Made by a program: the position numbers and the translations under genes
Origin: Catajapyx aquilonaris
Lineage: Eukaryota
Length of the DNA: 49,106 nucleotides
Assembly: GCA_000934665.2 (NCBI GenBank)
Contig: KZ538762.1
Coordinates: 1 to 49,106 of the forward strand
Direction of reading: 5' to 3'
The notes under the pieces: model-generated
What the model saw: the letters and a program-made list of their open reading frames with translations, nothing else
The model's database searches: none
Told to the model about the DNA's origin: nothing
Part shown: piece after piece, positions 23,923 through 37,500 of the stretch
How the letters are laid out: the number at the start of each line of letters is the position of its first letter
How positions within the stretch are numbered: position 1 is the first letter of the stretch

Positions 23923-24090
23923 CATACAGTGCTGTCCAAGCTTGGTTTATGACATCGAGGCACACTGTCCCAGACACCTCATCGATGTTGGGATGGTACA
24001 CTTTGTTCATGAAGCCGATGGACGGCGACTTAAAGGGGTAGTGCTCTGGAAGATGCACTCTGACCTTCCAGATGCCTCCTTCGTAGGGTG
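23923..24090 (-). CDS. UBE2H: UBE2H catalytic exon (168 nt)
   Basis: Acceptor cccaacAG, donor GTACGT; (T)[55 protein letters not shown], containing the HPN motif and active-site Cys. Confidence 0.97.
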
Positions 24091-24326
24091 CTGTTGGGAG
24101 TAGAAATGAAGATTAGTTTTGCAGGTCAACTGGAATGTCCTCACTGAATCCCCTCAACTGAGAGGTGTACTCAATTCATTAATATGCTCATAAATAGAAA
24201 CTAATTTAGGCACACATCAAAGGTAATAATGCAATACCACATATCCACAATTTCACAAGAAGAATATGCCACAAAACATACTTGCTTTAGTCAGTGAAAC
24301 ATGTGAATAGATACGGTTATACTTAC

Positions 24327-24403
24327 TCCCTCTTGGTCCATAAAACTTGACGCAAAACTCGTTGAGGCCTCCAAGAATGGTCACCTCATGTTTGCTCTCG
24401 ATC
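24327..24403 (-). CDS. UBE2H: UBE2H second coding exon (77 nt)
   Basis: Acceptor tgtatattAG, donor [31 protein letters not shown]. It begins in phase 2, so it needs an upstream exon (MSSPS.GKRRMDTDV.KL in other animals). Confidence 0.95.
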
Positions 24404-27400
24404 CTAATATACAAGTTAAGGGCATTTTCAATTTCTTTGTTGCAACAACTAAGTTTCCCATTATCCCATACGAAAGTGCCCCCCCCCCCCCCNCCCAACG
24501 TCTCTAAATAATAATTAACAACACAGTACATGAGTCACTTTTGTGATGGCCATAAAGGTGTCAAGCATGACAGCTAAATACTAGGTCACTGCCTCTCATT
24601 GAAAAAGCAGGTGTCATCATATTCTGTCATGGCCGCCTCCGGATGACTGATGAAGAGACCAGTCACACTTTCCAAACCACGTAAGAAAGCTGCTGTTAGT
24701 GATACAACAAGGTTTAAAAAAATGTCAATACCTTTAAAAATCGCACCATCACCGATAAAGTACCCGAGTCAATTTGGCATATGTGCAACGAGGCAGTTGG
24801 CTGACAACACTTTGCAAAGTGTCGATAAGGTTCGCCAGTTGTTGTGGGAAGTGGGGGAGGACTACAGTTTAAAGCCCGAGTGCAGCTCGAGGGATTGCCC
24901 GTGGAAGGAGACCAGCCATTACGGAATGAAGTCCATCAACTAGAATGATTATCTCTCCGGAGCTGCCCTTCCAAACCCTCGCATTCCAACCACCTCCCAC
25001 TCTTTTTCCAACCCTCAGAGAGAAAACTTGAGGCCTTGCTCTCTCCCCCCTTTAAAAAAAAAAAAAAGGGGTGTCCTGCGGTTCTCTGCAGCCAGTGATG
25101 AAACTTTGAGCCGCTCTTCTTTTTTATTCCTTTTTTACAAACCAAACGTCTAGCAGTTTCCCCCTTTTGTATCGAGCCAAAGGCATCGCAAATGCACAGT
25201 GAAAGTATACCAAAACTTCAATTCCGACTTCTCCATAACTAACAGCCGCAAGCAAATCCACATCCGTTTCAGAGTCGAGAGAGAAAGGCAGAAAAAGAAC
25301 GATAAAAAAAAAGCCATTGTGAGCCCGGCTCCCCCAGTAGCACATTGTTATTTGCATGAAAATTTCGCTGAGCAACCACTCGGCTTTTATGAAACGCGAA
25401 GCTGCACTGACAGTTAGTACAGAGAGAGGGGAAAAAGGTGTGGTACAAGGTTTCTCCATCGCGAATTAATACGACCTCGCGAACTGAGGATGCGCCTTAA
25501 TCGCAATTACGTCACGTCGAGTCGGTACATGACAATCACACGCCGCCAAAGATCATGAAACCGTGACTTAACAAAGTGCGCACCGAGTGTGCCAGACAGG
25601 TGAAAACAACTGTAAATGGGGTCAACCCAAACAGCTGACAGGAATTTCACACGATTCGAAGCCCCATTTTTATGGACAACCATTTTCTGAATAAGAAAAA
25701 AAAAAAAAAATCCAGGTGTAGCTCGGAATCTGAATAGCCAAGGAGCTCAAAAACGTCTTTTGAGAAATAGGCTATTATAACCTGTTCGTCATCGTCGCCA
25801 GCTGGGTCATAAATCACTTGCAGCAAGGGGCCTGGAAATGAAAAGAATCATCTCTTCCCATCCACCTGGACTATACCCATCCCCCAGGTGGTTTCCCACC
25901 CTGGTCTTATGCTCTCTTTTTTTTGTGGAAAATGCATATGTATTACATATACATACAAACCCAATGCTCGTCCACAAATCTCACGCGACTTTGTTTACAG
26001 GACCGATATGCGTCTCGGAAGGTTTTTACTGCTGTTCCGCTTTAATGCGCTCCATGCCAACAAGCAAGTGAAAGCAGGCAATCCGGCAGCATCGCACCCG
26101 CAGTTGCCAAACCGGCCATCTGGCTCTAACTCCACGTGCGGAGTACAACATAATGGGGCTCGGATATGGCCGTACGCAACAATTTGGAGAGCAGCAAAAG
26201 CGCTAAAAATGTCGCTCTATCGTCCAATTTGGATTTGGGCAACATCTGCAACGAGCCTCAAAAATAGCACCCGCACATAACTCAACCTTGGTGTACACAC
26301 ACACACACAAAAAGAGAGAGAAACACTCCCGCATTGCAGGAAAAGAGGTCGCATCCATAAATTGTATCGCCAACTCAACCACCCCTCCTTTAGATCCTTC
26401 TTGAAGAAGTCGATTACTGGCGTGACCAGCCATAAAAAGAAGTGAAGCGAGGCAAGAGATGTCCCCGCGGCCCAATATACATCGCAGGCAGCCAAATTGG
26501 GAATCAACTTCCTGGACCTTAATTGGGGGGGTCCAGTTCCGGAGAAAATGAGGGGTGGAAGAACCGGAAAAAAAAAAAAAGGTAAGGGTCACTTGGTCCT
26601 CCTCCGGGGAGATCAATCATGAGGGAAAAAAAGGCCCGGACAAGATACATGCTCCAACGACCGTCGACAAACTACACCTGGCACGAGAGATGGGCACATA
26701 GGAAACATTTCTCTTTTCTTTATAGCCCCCAATGTCTTTATACATCTGCTTGTATATATATGGAAAGGATGACTCACTGTCAAAAAAAACGTCCAATTTT
26801 TGCTACTCGAGCCGAATTTTCGGGGTCCTCCCAGTGGGGGGGTTTCCAGGATCGATGCGAAGAAAGGCCCGGAGAATCAGCAAAATTGCTGCACTTCTGC
26901 AAGGTACCTCCTGGTAATCAGCACGAACACAAGAAATGCAACACCCGGAAAAATCTTCAGCCATTTATAAACCCCCGTTCCAAATTCTGAGAATTTCAAC
27001 TCAAAAAGCTTTGAATGGGACCCAACACCCGCTTGCTCTTTTTTTTTTTTTCTTCTTCTTCTTCTTCGAAAAAAGAAGAGGTTAATAATAAAACTGTCCG
27101 CAAAACGCCAGGGACGTGTCTGTGTCTCGAAGCGACACGTGAGCATTCGGGCAATCCATCCTCTTAAAAACTTCCAGCAGTTGGCTTCATGACTGGCACA
27201 ATCAATCACACTGGCAGCACTAATGGGAGGTTCGAGAATTGGAATTTTCTTATATTCCTTTGCCCAGCCTAAGGGCTTTCAGTCTGCAGCTTTGGCTTAA
27301 ATCCTCGCCAAATACTTAAATGCCCGGCAGTCATTCCATCCACTGCATCCAAAAGCCTCGTGCTGGTAAGCCATTGTGTCATAACATGGCAGTATATGCC

Positions 27401-30400
27401 GCGGAAATTAGGGTTTGTTTTACTGTATATTCAAATCAGCGGCATAACAATGGGCTGACTTTTGTGCGGCCCTCTGGAGTGTGTAATTTTAGCCGGTCCA
27501 TCGACAAACATTTTACGGCGTACTACGCCAATAACATTACAATGAGTGACGCGGTTTAAAACCAGGCGTGGTAACAGCCTCGCTAGCGCTATTCTCGTCT
27601 CTCTTGACCTTAATAAACCCATGTGCAAGTGCACGACACCGAGGGAGAAAAAAAAAGTGTGACCGGAAGAAACTGAGCCAATTCATTGCACAATTTATCG
27701 CCTCGGCAGCATTCTCCCTTTCTTATTCTTCATGGAACGTAATTTGGGGGGGAAGGTGCCCCCTTCTTTTTTCGCCTTGGTCAGCTGAAGGCCACGCTTT
27801 TCATGACTCTTCAAGCCCTGCGTCATCCATGCAGAATCGTGCGATTACGATGATACGTGTTCTGGGTGCACTCAAGAAATGATCTGAGAGAGAAAAAAGT
27901 AATGATAATAAAAGAGACGTTGAGAAGGAGCATGATTATCATATAAAATTAGGGCCTCATTACATTTGCGCCAGCTATTAACAAGGTGTACAATATTACA
28001 ATTTTGAACGTTCAAGCTAATAGCATTTGCTGACCTACTTTTGTGTCCATAATGTGGCGACGCGCATATATTTCATGAAAATGTTCTGATTAGTATAAAA
28101 GTCCAATTGTGCTGACACCTTTGTGCACGACCGCAGGTCTATTTTTCAATTGATTTTTTTTAAAGAGGGTGGGGGGGGGGGNGGGGCTTTAAAAACCTTT
28201 GTACATTTGCCAACGCATGGAAATTTAATTACCGCCATCAAGGATGTGACATTTTACATGAAACTCGTAAAACATGAAAGAGACCACGTGAAATCCAATA
28301 ATGCAAGTTGCGACGTGGGGGGAGGGGGGGAATGCAACATTTCTTTTTCCATCGCAGCCGGTTCAATAATCCCGACAAAAAAAGTTATTTCTCGGACTGA
28401 CATGGCGACAAGTTGCATGCTGTTCGACGAATGGGACGTCAACCATAGCAGCAGGCCGCCACAGGATAGAAAAGTGCATGTAGTGCATGAACTAAATGCA
28501 CCTTATCCTCCATCAAATCTGTGCCAGACGACAAAACAGCAGGCCCTCATCTGCGTCCTTTCCAGGGCTTCAAAATACACGAAATCGGGGCCAGAAAACG
28601 ATCGTCAGTCAGTCAGGTTACGAAACCTCCCTCATGCCCTCAATTCCTACGATGACGTTTCCTTGCCAATAACTTCCAGGCATTTTCATCCACTCCTCAA
28701 AATTAGAAGTGAACACATATAGACACCCATTTAATCCTTTGGAGCTCAAATCGTGGAAAAACTTATGTCGTGCGCCCTTATTTCAAAGGTAGATTCTCCC
28801 GCTTCACCTCCCTTCTATCTGCAATGACGTCTCGTTTCACGCCTCAAGTTTTCGGTACCTATCGATAAATTGGAAGCAAAAATAAACGCTGCAAGTTGAT
28901 GCTAATTTCCACGGTTCACAGGGGCAAACCATTTGCACAAATATATTCTCACTACGCTATTTCAACCCTCTTCGTCACAATCCCTATCATACTGTGCAAC
29001 CAGGAAAATTCTCCAGGGACTACACACTACCGCCCATAAGTTCCGACACTGTACGGTGTATCATATAAGGCTGAGGCCAAAGGATCAATTCTGTCTCGGA
29101 AGCCCTCTCCTATTAGCATTCGGCAAGGGGCCGTCGTCGTTTCCTCCCAACATCCTCCACGAAAACAGAGCGTGCATGGAACAAGCAGGCAATCGACTGC
29201 GAATCCGTCGACCTGACAAAACATTATCCCCCCCCCCTCCCACCCCCCAAACCGGACCACTACATTACAGGGGTATTAATAACCAAGTACAAACTAGACT
29301 TGCTTTAGGACATGTCTTTACATTGCGCAACAGTACTTCATGATGAGGGGTGACGGCTACCCTTTAATCGAAAAATCTTCGGAACAGAAAAGAAACCAAC
29401 GAGGTCGCTGAAGCAGCGGTTTCGGTACTTCCGGATTCACGCAATGTTGCCATATCTCTATCGCAAGAGGGGAGGTGCATGGCCGAAAAAAAGGAGGATT
29501 TATTGAAGAACAGGCGGTTGATGTCAATGCCCTGGCGAATTCAGACGTCGATATTACCAGCCGTGCCCACTACAGAGGTGGAACGAAATGAGCTAACGCA
29601 CAAAAAAAAAAACGGGGACAACAATGCACTGTCTCCGTCATTACACTCCGCAGGATCCATAAAAAAAATTATTTAATTTTCCCACCTCTATACCTGGGGT
29701 AATGTTGTCACCTGCTGGGGCGCACATGAGAACTGGTACCGGTTGGTCGCACGACTTTTATTGCTTCCTCGCCATATACATACAACCCACCGTTGTAAGG
29801 TAACCCATCACGCTCATCGCATTGCATCACGAGCGCTGCTTATTCCGAGCCCACTCGGGACCACTGCTGCCTGCATCACAATCGGGATCAAAAAAGCGGA
29901 ATAAATGCGGCGGATGTACGCTTTCGTGTGGCTAAAAATCGCCCCGTCAAAAATTTTGACGGCCCCCACGTCTGTTTCGCAAAACTGGCCAGCCCGTGGA
30001 TTAAACTATATAAAAAAAATCGTCGCGGATCCTCCCTCGCAAATTGCCTTTTTATTGTCTCAGATGACCTCGGCATGCCCGTGACCTAAGCGAAAGTTTA
30101 CATCCGTAGGGAAGGTCCAGTGACGTCACCCACAGCAAGTCATCCCCCTTTGTATATTTTTGCGAAACCCAGCCAAAGAAAGGGTGGTCCTAGCCACACA
30201 AAAAATTCGCGAAGACGAAAAAAGCGGCACGCAACGTGTATTGATCTCCACTGAGCAGCTGACAACCATGATACACACACACACACATACACATCAACGG
30301 ACACACACACATGCATGGAGCAATATTGACGAATTCTCCTCCGCCAGGGGATGAATAAACACGTCACCCCATGCAACGCATGTTACCCCACCTCGATTAA

Positions 30401-30926
30401 ATTCCCCCTCCCTATAACATCCCTCCTCCCCCCTATAGGCCCTGTACCCCTATTCCATTAGGTGCAGCACATCAACCCGGATTTACAATTACGGAACATG
30501 CGGTGCTATGGGAGCCAGATCTCCCCCCTCGGAACTGACCAGAAGCGCCCGCAGATTCGCACACTTTCCACTGGGCAAAAACTGCGAAAGGCGAGAAGTG
30601 AGCCGAGAGTTGCAGACCGTGTGTGCTTGGAAAGTAACTCGGCGACTCTCCCCCGAACACAACGTTTGTTTCCTTGAGCCCGGCCAACTAGTAGTCCGGT
30701 TGCGACCCAAATCCGAGTCAACCGGATCGGCCATAATATAATCGGGGGCTGGGAGTATATTAGGCAACTCCGCGTGCCAAAGGTCAGTCGCAATTCAGCA
30801 TTTGTGTGCATACTTTGCGCTAATTTGGGATCGCAATCACCGCCGAGCTGCCATTGACCCACGTGGCCGACTGAGCGCACGCGTACTTCCAATCCATCCG
30901 AGTCGAGTCTGCCAGTTCCTGCCACG

Positions 30927-30938
30927 GCCGCCATTTTT
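30927..30938 (+). promoter_or_regulatory. YY1/Pleiohomeotic consensus site (GCCGCCATTTT)
   Basis: Exact motif match in CpG-rich sequence. Function untested. Confidence 0.3.
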
Positions 30939-31544
30939 AGTCCAGAATATCCTCAGAGTGTTATATACAAACCAGTTTTTCCGCGAAGGTCGTCACGCGT
31001 CTTTCCCATGCCATTTCGTTTAAATGGCCATATTAATCAACAGACAACACTGGGGTTGTCTAGATATAAAATTCGCGCTTTGCTTCCTGGTAAACATATG
31101 CTGATTCAATTTCCACCAACGAAATGGACATGAGACCTTGACAGCTCCCTGCCCGTAAAAGGGGGGGAAGCTGTAATAACATCCCTCGCGAAAACAATGG
31201 CACATTCGTTCCAGTCAGATTATTCAACAATAATTACCGATGCAGCATCATTTACTGTTCCCTCCCCTCTGGAAAAAAAAACCCCCTGCCGCTGTTCCCA
31301 CGCACACTGCACGCACACTGCTTTACTGGAACGCGCACAGAATCCACGGATATGTGTGAGAACAGTGCCAAGCGCTGGAGGGGGCAACAATGCCGATTGG
31401 TCCCCACGATCACCGAGGCGGGGACCTATGCAAAAAGGAATGCAAACCGCCATTTAGCAAGTGTCATGCCCGGAAGTCCCAAGGTCCTCCCTGCAAGCCA
31501 CCCAAAAACCACTCCCAGAGTGCGAATTGGGAAGGCGCATAATG

Positions 31545-31596
31545 CCCCCCCCCCCCCCCCCCCCCNNNNNNNNNNNNNNNNNCCCCCCCCCCCCCC
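31545..31596. repeat. Poly-C tract containing 17 unresolved N bases
   Basis: C run interrupted by N at 31566-31582. Single Ns also sit in other C/G runs (e.g. 5432, 24493, 28182, 31897, 38760). Confidence 0.95.
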
Positions 31597-34500
31597 ACTA
31601 TTCCGCTCATATGGACATCAAGGTCTCTCTCCCTCTCAGCATCTACCCAGTGTTGGAAAGGACCATATATCCGCCGATCGGGTCAATTCTTCCAGTGGGG
31701 GGGAGGGGAGAAGCTGTCACAAAATTCGCAGCAACGGCACAGGTTCTCTCTCTCCAGCTGAGCCAGAAACCGGATCGATGCAAAGGAGTTGGGTTTTGTC
31801 TGGCGTATTTCCAACCCCTGTGCCATCCGAGTCAGCTGTCTGCCCGAAGGTCAGTGGGGCTGGGCGGAGCTCACTCTCCCCCCCCCCCCCCCCCCCNCCC
31901 CCCCCTCGCAGCTCAGCAGCCTGCCAGCCGCCCCCGCCATCAGCTGTGGGAGAGTCGCATGCTGCGGGCACGTCATGCGCCACACGTCCAACAATACCCC
32001 AAACAGAATATGACGGGGAGGGCTAACGGTACACGCTGAATTAGTCGCTGGCTGTGAAATGTGGCTGCGATTAATTTCGGGACGGGGGTGGTTGCGTTAG
32101 CATTTCAGGATGTTTGCATAATAATTGCATAAGCTTCTTTATGGATTAACAATGAATCTCAATTAGGCACACAGCTCTAGCCACTGCAAACAGGAGTGGC
32201 TGCCTACAAACAAAATAACGTATTAAGGCATTTCCACGGTTATGGACACAATCAATTAACGCGCTGTACATTAACGTACAGTAAATCCTGGCCTTGTATG
32301 ATGCGCCCTATTTGTCACCCAGTGTTTACGTGTGAAGAATGGTACTGGAGGCTCAGCTCAAGGTCCCAAATTTGGCACTACATGATAATTTAATCCCTGG
32401 TAATAACAAGTGTAATGCAATCATTCAGAGTTACGTAACAATCACTTTTTAAAACCATGATTTTGCAATGCAGGTTCCAATGCCTAACAGGTTACACATC
32501 GCAACCTTGTAATAACCGCACGGTTCTCATCCGCTCGACCTTGACTGATCGCGCCCCTTTCCTCCTGCAACACCCAACGCAAGAGAGGTGCCGAGGTTGC
32601 ACATTTGCCAGGAGCTGCGACAAATTCTCCTGCACATTTCCTGCTTGTCCCCTCCAGGTTCAAACTCAAATCCACCGTTTCCCATTGAAACCACGTCCTT
32701 TTATGCGGGGGGGATGTGACACAACTGGAAATTAATGCTCCAGGCAACACCCCCGCCAACATGCAGAATAATGAGCAACTCTGCGGAGCGCATTAATTAT
32801 GCCTCTGTGGTGTACATTTGTTCAGTGTCCGCCCAGCTTTCTTGGAAAACGAACGGACCGTGGGGCCCGATACATGCTTCTCCCGGAACTCGAGCAGATT
32901 CCAGGGAAAACTACTTTGACTCAGCCTATAGTTTCAGCCCATCGCATTAGGCAAGCATAAAATATTGATAACCCTCGTATAGTCGTTGTTCTGCATCGGC
33001 TGGCCCCTAAATTACTTTCGGGCCTGTGTCCACAGAGCAGATTACAAATGACCTCCCGCTTCCATCACACCCATTCCAGGGTCCAGTCCCTTCACAAAGG
33101 CCAGTTGCCAGAGGCCACCTATACAGGGTGAGCCAGAACGGACTGCAGCCTGCTGGGCCGCCCAAAAAGAATCGAGCGTGTCTGCAACACTGTACCTGGC
33201 GGCCTGGAAATCCGATTGCCACTCTATTTTCAGAAAATAATGCGAGTGGCAATCAATGTTGCGGGTCTACAAGTCACACAACTCGAGCCCTAGTCGGCCA
33301 CTCATGGTCGGAAAACGATGTTGACTTCCATCATAACTGCTCCCCGAGGCCGTGTCTCTGCAAGAGCACTTCACGCTATGAAAAAAGTATATAGTTTCAT
33401 TGTTCACTGTTTCAACTGTGGTCCAGTGTTTTAAATAGGTGTGCAGGTATAGCCACTCCATATTTTTATGACGGCGGTCACGTGTTTTTCTTGTGCAGAC
33501 TGATTAGCATTTTCAAAACTATCAAATGCAGTGATATAAGCTTTATTAGAGTATACAATACAAGTCGCCTTAAAATATTGATTGCGAGCTAAAAATGCCG
33601 CTCTCTGCTCGTGATCATCATATTTTACTTCAAACGGCGCCGGATTAGCCAAGCATGAGTATGAAAGTCATTTTACAAACTGCCTCTTAAAAAAGAATCA
33701 CCTACTTTACTGGGGAATTGGAGACCTCGTTATACACCGATAATAATTAGATTTCAGAATAAACGTATGCAAAGGATGTGTTGTCATTTTCATTGATAGG
33801 TAGTATAACCTGTAATAGTAAATACATTTCGCTACCATCATTCCTACAGTGGAGAATGCAAACAATACATGCTAATGACCGCGGCTATAAAAGTCATCCC
33901 ACTTCACCGCACTGTTTTCAATGTAACGAGAGAGGTCAATATCACTTTCCAACTATAGCAGTAGGTTGTTTAACTCTCCTCTCAGTTGCCGGTATGCAAA
34001 AAATGCTCGTGGCAAACACTCAGAAGATGTCACAAGGCAACCATGTCGGTGCATGTTCGGATACGGACGTATCAATTTCTCACCATCAACATGAACAGGC
34101 CTTTTGTGTCCCTTATCTCCGACCATAAGTAATCAGGGTTTGTTTTTTTCCCCCGAAAGGGGGATGGAGTTCTAATACTACCCTCTCGCATATTTACTGC
34201 CGTATCAGTATGCAAGAAAAGAACCCACCAAAAAATTATGACGTCCAAAGTCTGATTGCATTGTATGCATTTCCGTCGAGATAGTTTTTTTCCCCCATAG
34301 GAATCTTCTGGCAGTGTCCAGTTTCACCAGCGTCGCATATTGAAGAAATAAACACACATCCGTATATATCCGTATATAACGAAATTCCATTTGGACGACA
34401 GATTTGGCACACAAATCCAGCAAGTCATGCAAAATATATGGTGCATGTCAATTTCCCTGCATACATGACAAAGACTGACGCACAACAAACATGGCCCCAT

Positions 34501-37500
34501 CCCGCACAAGAAACGAAAACAATCCTCCCAGCAAACCCCCCACCAAAGTGTCACCAACTCGGAATGCCCCCAAGTATGTGAAGCAACACGTGGCACGCTC
34601 TGTTGCCCCCAACCCCCTCAAGGCCCTAAAAGTATACCCAAGTTCCAGGACGCAATCATAAATTCTCTCGCTCCAAGATTCCTCCTTCTCCCCCAGCTCT
34701 TTCTCCGCATCACACATCGGACCTGAGGAAACACGCGGCTCCCTTTGTTTGCTTCAGAGAGAGAGCAAACCTTCTCCCCCTCTTCCATATTGTTGGAGGC
34801 AGAGAAAGGGAGACCAAAAAATCGGGGTCACGATTGGGAAGCAAGGCAGCAGGTAAAAGAAGGAAGGAAGGAAGGCTGACTCCGCCAAGAGTCCTTTCAC
34901 TCTCTTATGCAACGCACTAATCGCCAAGGACTCAAACTCAGCGGAAAGGAAAGAAAAGAAAAAAAAGAGCCCTGCGTTTTCGCTTCGCCCCGAAAACCCC
35001 AGCCCAGCTGTTACGCAGCAACACATACATTTGAATGCGCATATCACTATACAAAACTCGTATTCATGCGTCGTGCTGTCACCGTCACCGCACTGGGTCG
35101 GTTGATGGACGTACACCAAAATGCCGTTATCTCGTGGTTGCATCTGTATACTGCGAGCGCATTTTTTTATTATTTCTCCCTGGCAACTGACATCGCTGGA
35201 AATTGGGATGTTACAACTGCTATGACACGTGCCCGAGGAGGAATTTCGGTGGGGGTTGGAAACTGAAAAAAAAAATGAGTGCTGGATGTTGCGCCGTACG
35301 TTTATATACCATACTACCAACCGACGTTATCGGAGGGTCAATTGCGCGCAATCTTGCATATTCCAATTAGAGCTGGCTCTAATCACGAACTATTAGTACA
35401 GAAATGCGCCCGATTTTGTCATCATCAGTCGCTTCGGGTCCGGTTTTCATTGGGCCGAGTTGTCAGCGGGAAATGCCAAAGAGTGACGGGCCACTAAATT
35501 ATATCAAAACGGGTACATTTAACTGCACGTTGACGCGTGACCACTACATTTTACACCGTCAGCTAGTTACTGCACATGTTCGACATTACACGCACTCCAT
35601 ATCCCAGGAATGAACTAGCTAACACCACCAGCATCATCCTCCGCCTATATATTCTATCTATAGCAACCTGAGGGGGAGGGGGATGGAGATGGCGGGTTGC
35701 TATATGTAAATTAATGGCACGGCCCAACTGGTATGCACAAACACTGCCTAAGTTTAGCTTCATCATAAATACATGAGCTTTGGTTTAACCTGCACATTGC
35801 ACACGCATGTCCAATGCTTCTAAGTGGAGACCTCCACTTGGAACGATCGCCAACTCCACCGAATCCCTTTATTGATCACGCTCAAGTCAGCTGCTCTACT
35901 TGGCCTTAACAATGCGTCTGAAGATAGAGGGGAGAGAAAAACAGGATCCGATCCGCACCAAGGTCCCAGAGATGACAAATGCACCCATTGTTACACAACC
36001 CGCTGAACAATTTTCATGTCGCAATTAATCACCCCGCTTAACATCTGAATCCAGGAGATTTCCCCTTGCAAGCTTCAAGATTTTCTTCACGCGGCCTTAT
36101 ACTGATCAATGTCACGGCCTTCTTCCCCCTCCTCACTAGTAAAAACCAGAAGAGCTGGGTAAAAAGAGCATAAAAACCCTTCCATCCTAACTACGCCTCG
36201 GGAGAGTGAGGGGGGGTTTTTGAAATGAGGGCATCGTGCTAATTATAGTCCGCTGCCAATAGGCAAAACCATCCCATTCCAACAACTGGTAGGCACAGGG
36301 GGGGGAAAAAGGTCCCCCTCCTCGTACCGTTGTCCCGAATGTCCTAATGCATGCACCCCCCAAAAAGCTAGGGGGAGATATATAATAACGTATGTGGGGA
36401 GGGCAAAGGATTCCCCATTCACGCCTATTCGAAGCATCCCTCCCCGACAGACACGCAAAAACAGTATGTCATTATGGCATCTCAAATTTCCTACAAAATA
36501 ATATACGTCCGCTTCTCAATATACGAATGCGAGGTTCTATATAACACAAAAAATATTCGATGCAGACTGGTCCAGAGCGGGGGGAAAAAAGAAGTGAAGT
36601 TATCTAAAATGCGGCTTGGAAAACCGTTCACTCGATTTCCCTATCACTTTTTATCGGAGGCGCTGGAAAACTACCGAGCAAAAAGTCTGATTCGGTCCAC
36701 ATTTTCCATTACTTCCAAATTGCAATCTCGACCGCAAAACTCGGTCGGAGGAACCCAAAGTAATGTCCGCCCCGTTAAATGACCGTGTCCGACATGTGGA
36801 CTGGGGTCGCCAAAAACAAGCTCCGGAAACTCGGGAAAATTAATATCACGCTAGTCAAAGCCTATCACTGAAAATGACTCGCCTAAAAAACCACACGGCA
36901 TGAAATCTGGATATAATAAGTCCTGCAATCAACCATTACAGCGCATAAATGGCAATATCCAACTCTTGTAAAAATCAGGCCACCGACACACAACCCCAAT
37001 GCCACAATAATGTCACGCTCTATTTGCGACCAAAATGCCTCTCGTTGCGATCTAACTTTTTTTTTCGGTCGCTACGCAGGATGACAACTTTGAAAACTGG
37101 ATACCAAACAAACTGGCAAGATGTTCTGCACGTTACAGCGAATCAAAACCTCTTCCGGTTGCAAAAGAATCGTTATTCATGCAGTTTCTCCAGCCCCCAC
37201 CGACCCTGGAGGCATAAATATACGCGCTCGGAAACTCCTTATGGATGAGCAAATCCAGTATTCCTCACTATTTCATATTCAATGACGCTTTAATAGCAAC
37301 TGGTTTAGAATGCGCCACTATATTTGCGAGGGTCTGGAAATCCTTTTAAGTCCTCGGCTCCAGGCTCTCCATCGCAACACTGTACTGAATAGACTAACAG
37401 AACGAGTCTCCCTCCTCCGTCTCCTGCCCCCATTCATACGCGAATTTCAAGTACAGGTTTCAAGTGACCTTGTCCATATAGCGTCCCGGCAGTCTAACAA

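Noticed and set aside
23813..24103. Plus-strand 96-aa ORF
   Set aside because: Antisense shadow of the UBE2H catalytic exon.
31352..32039. Long Pro-rich ORFs (also 46518-47189 and 28123-28722)
   Set aside because: They are kept open by poly-C or GC-rich, stop-poor sequence and N bases; no domain or splice support.
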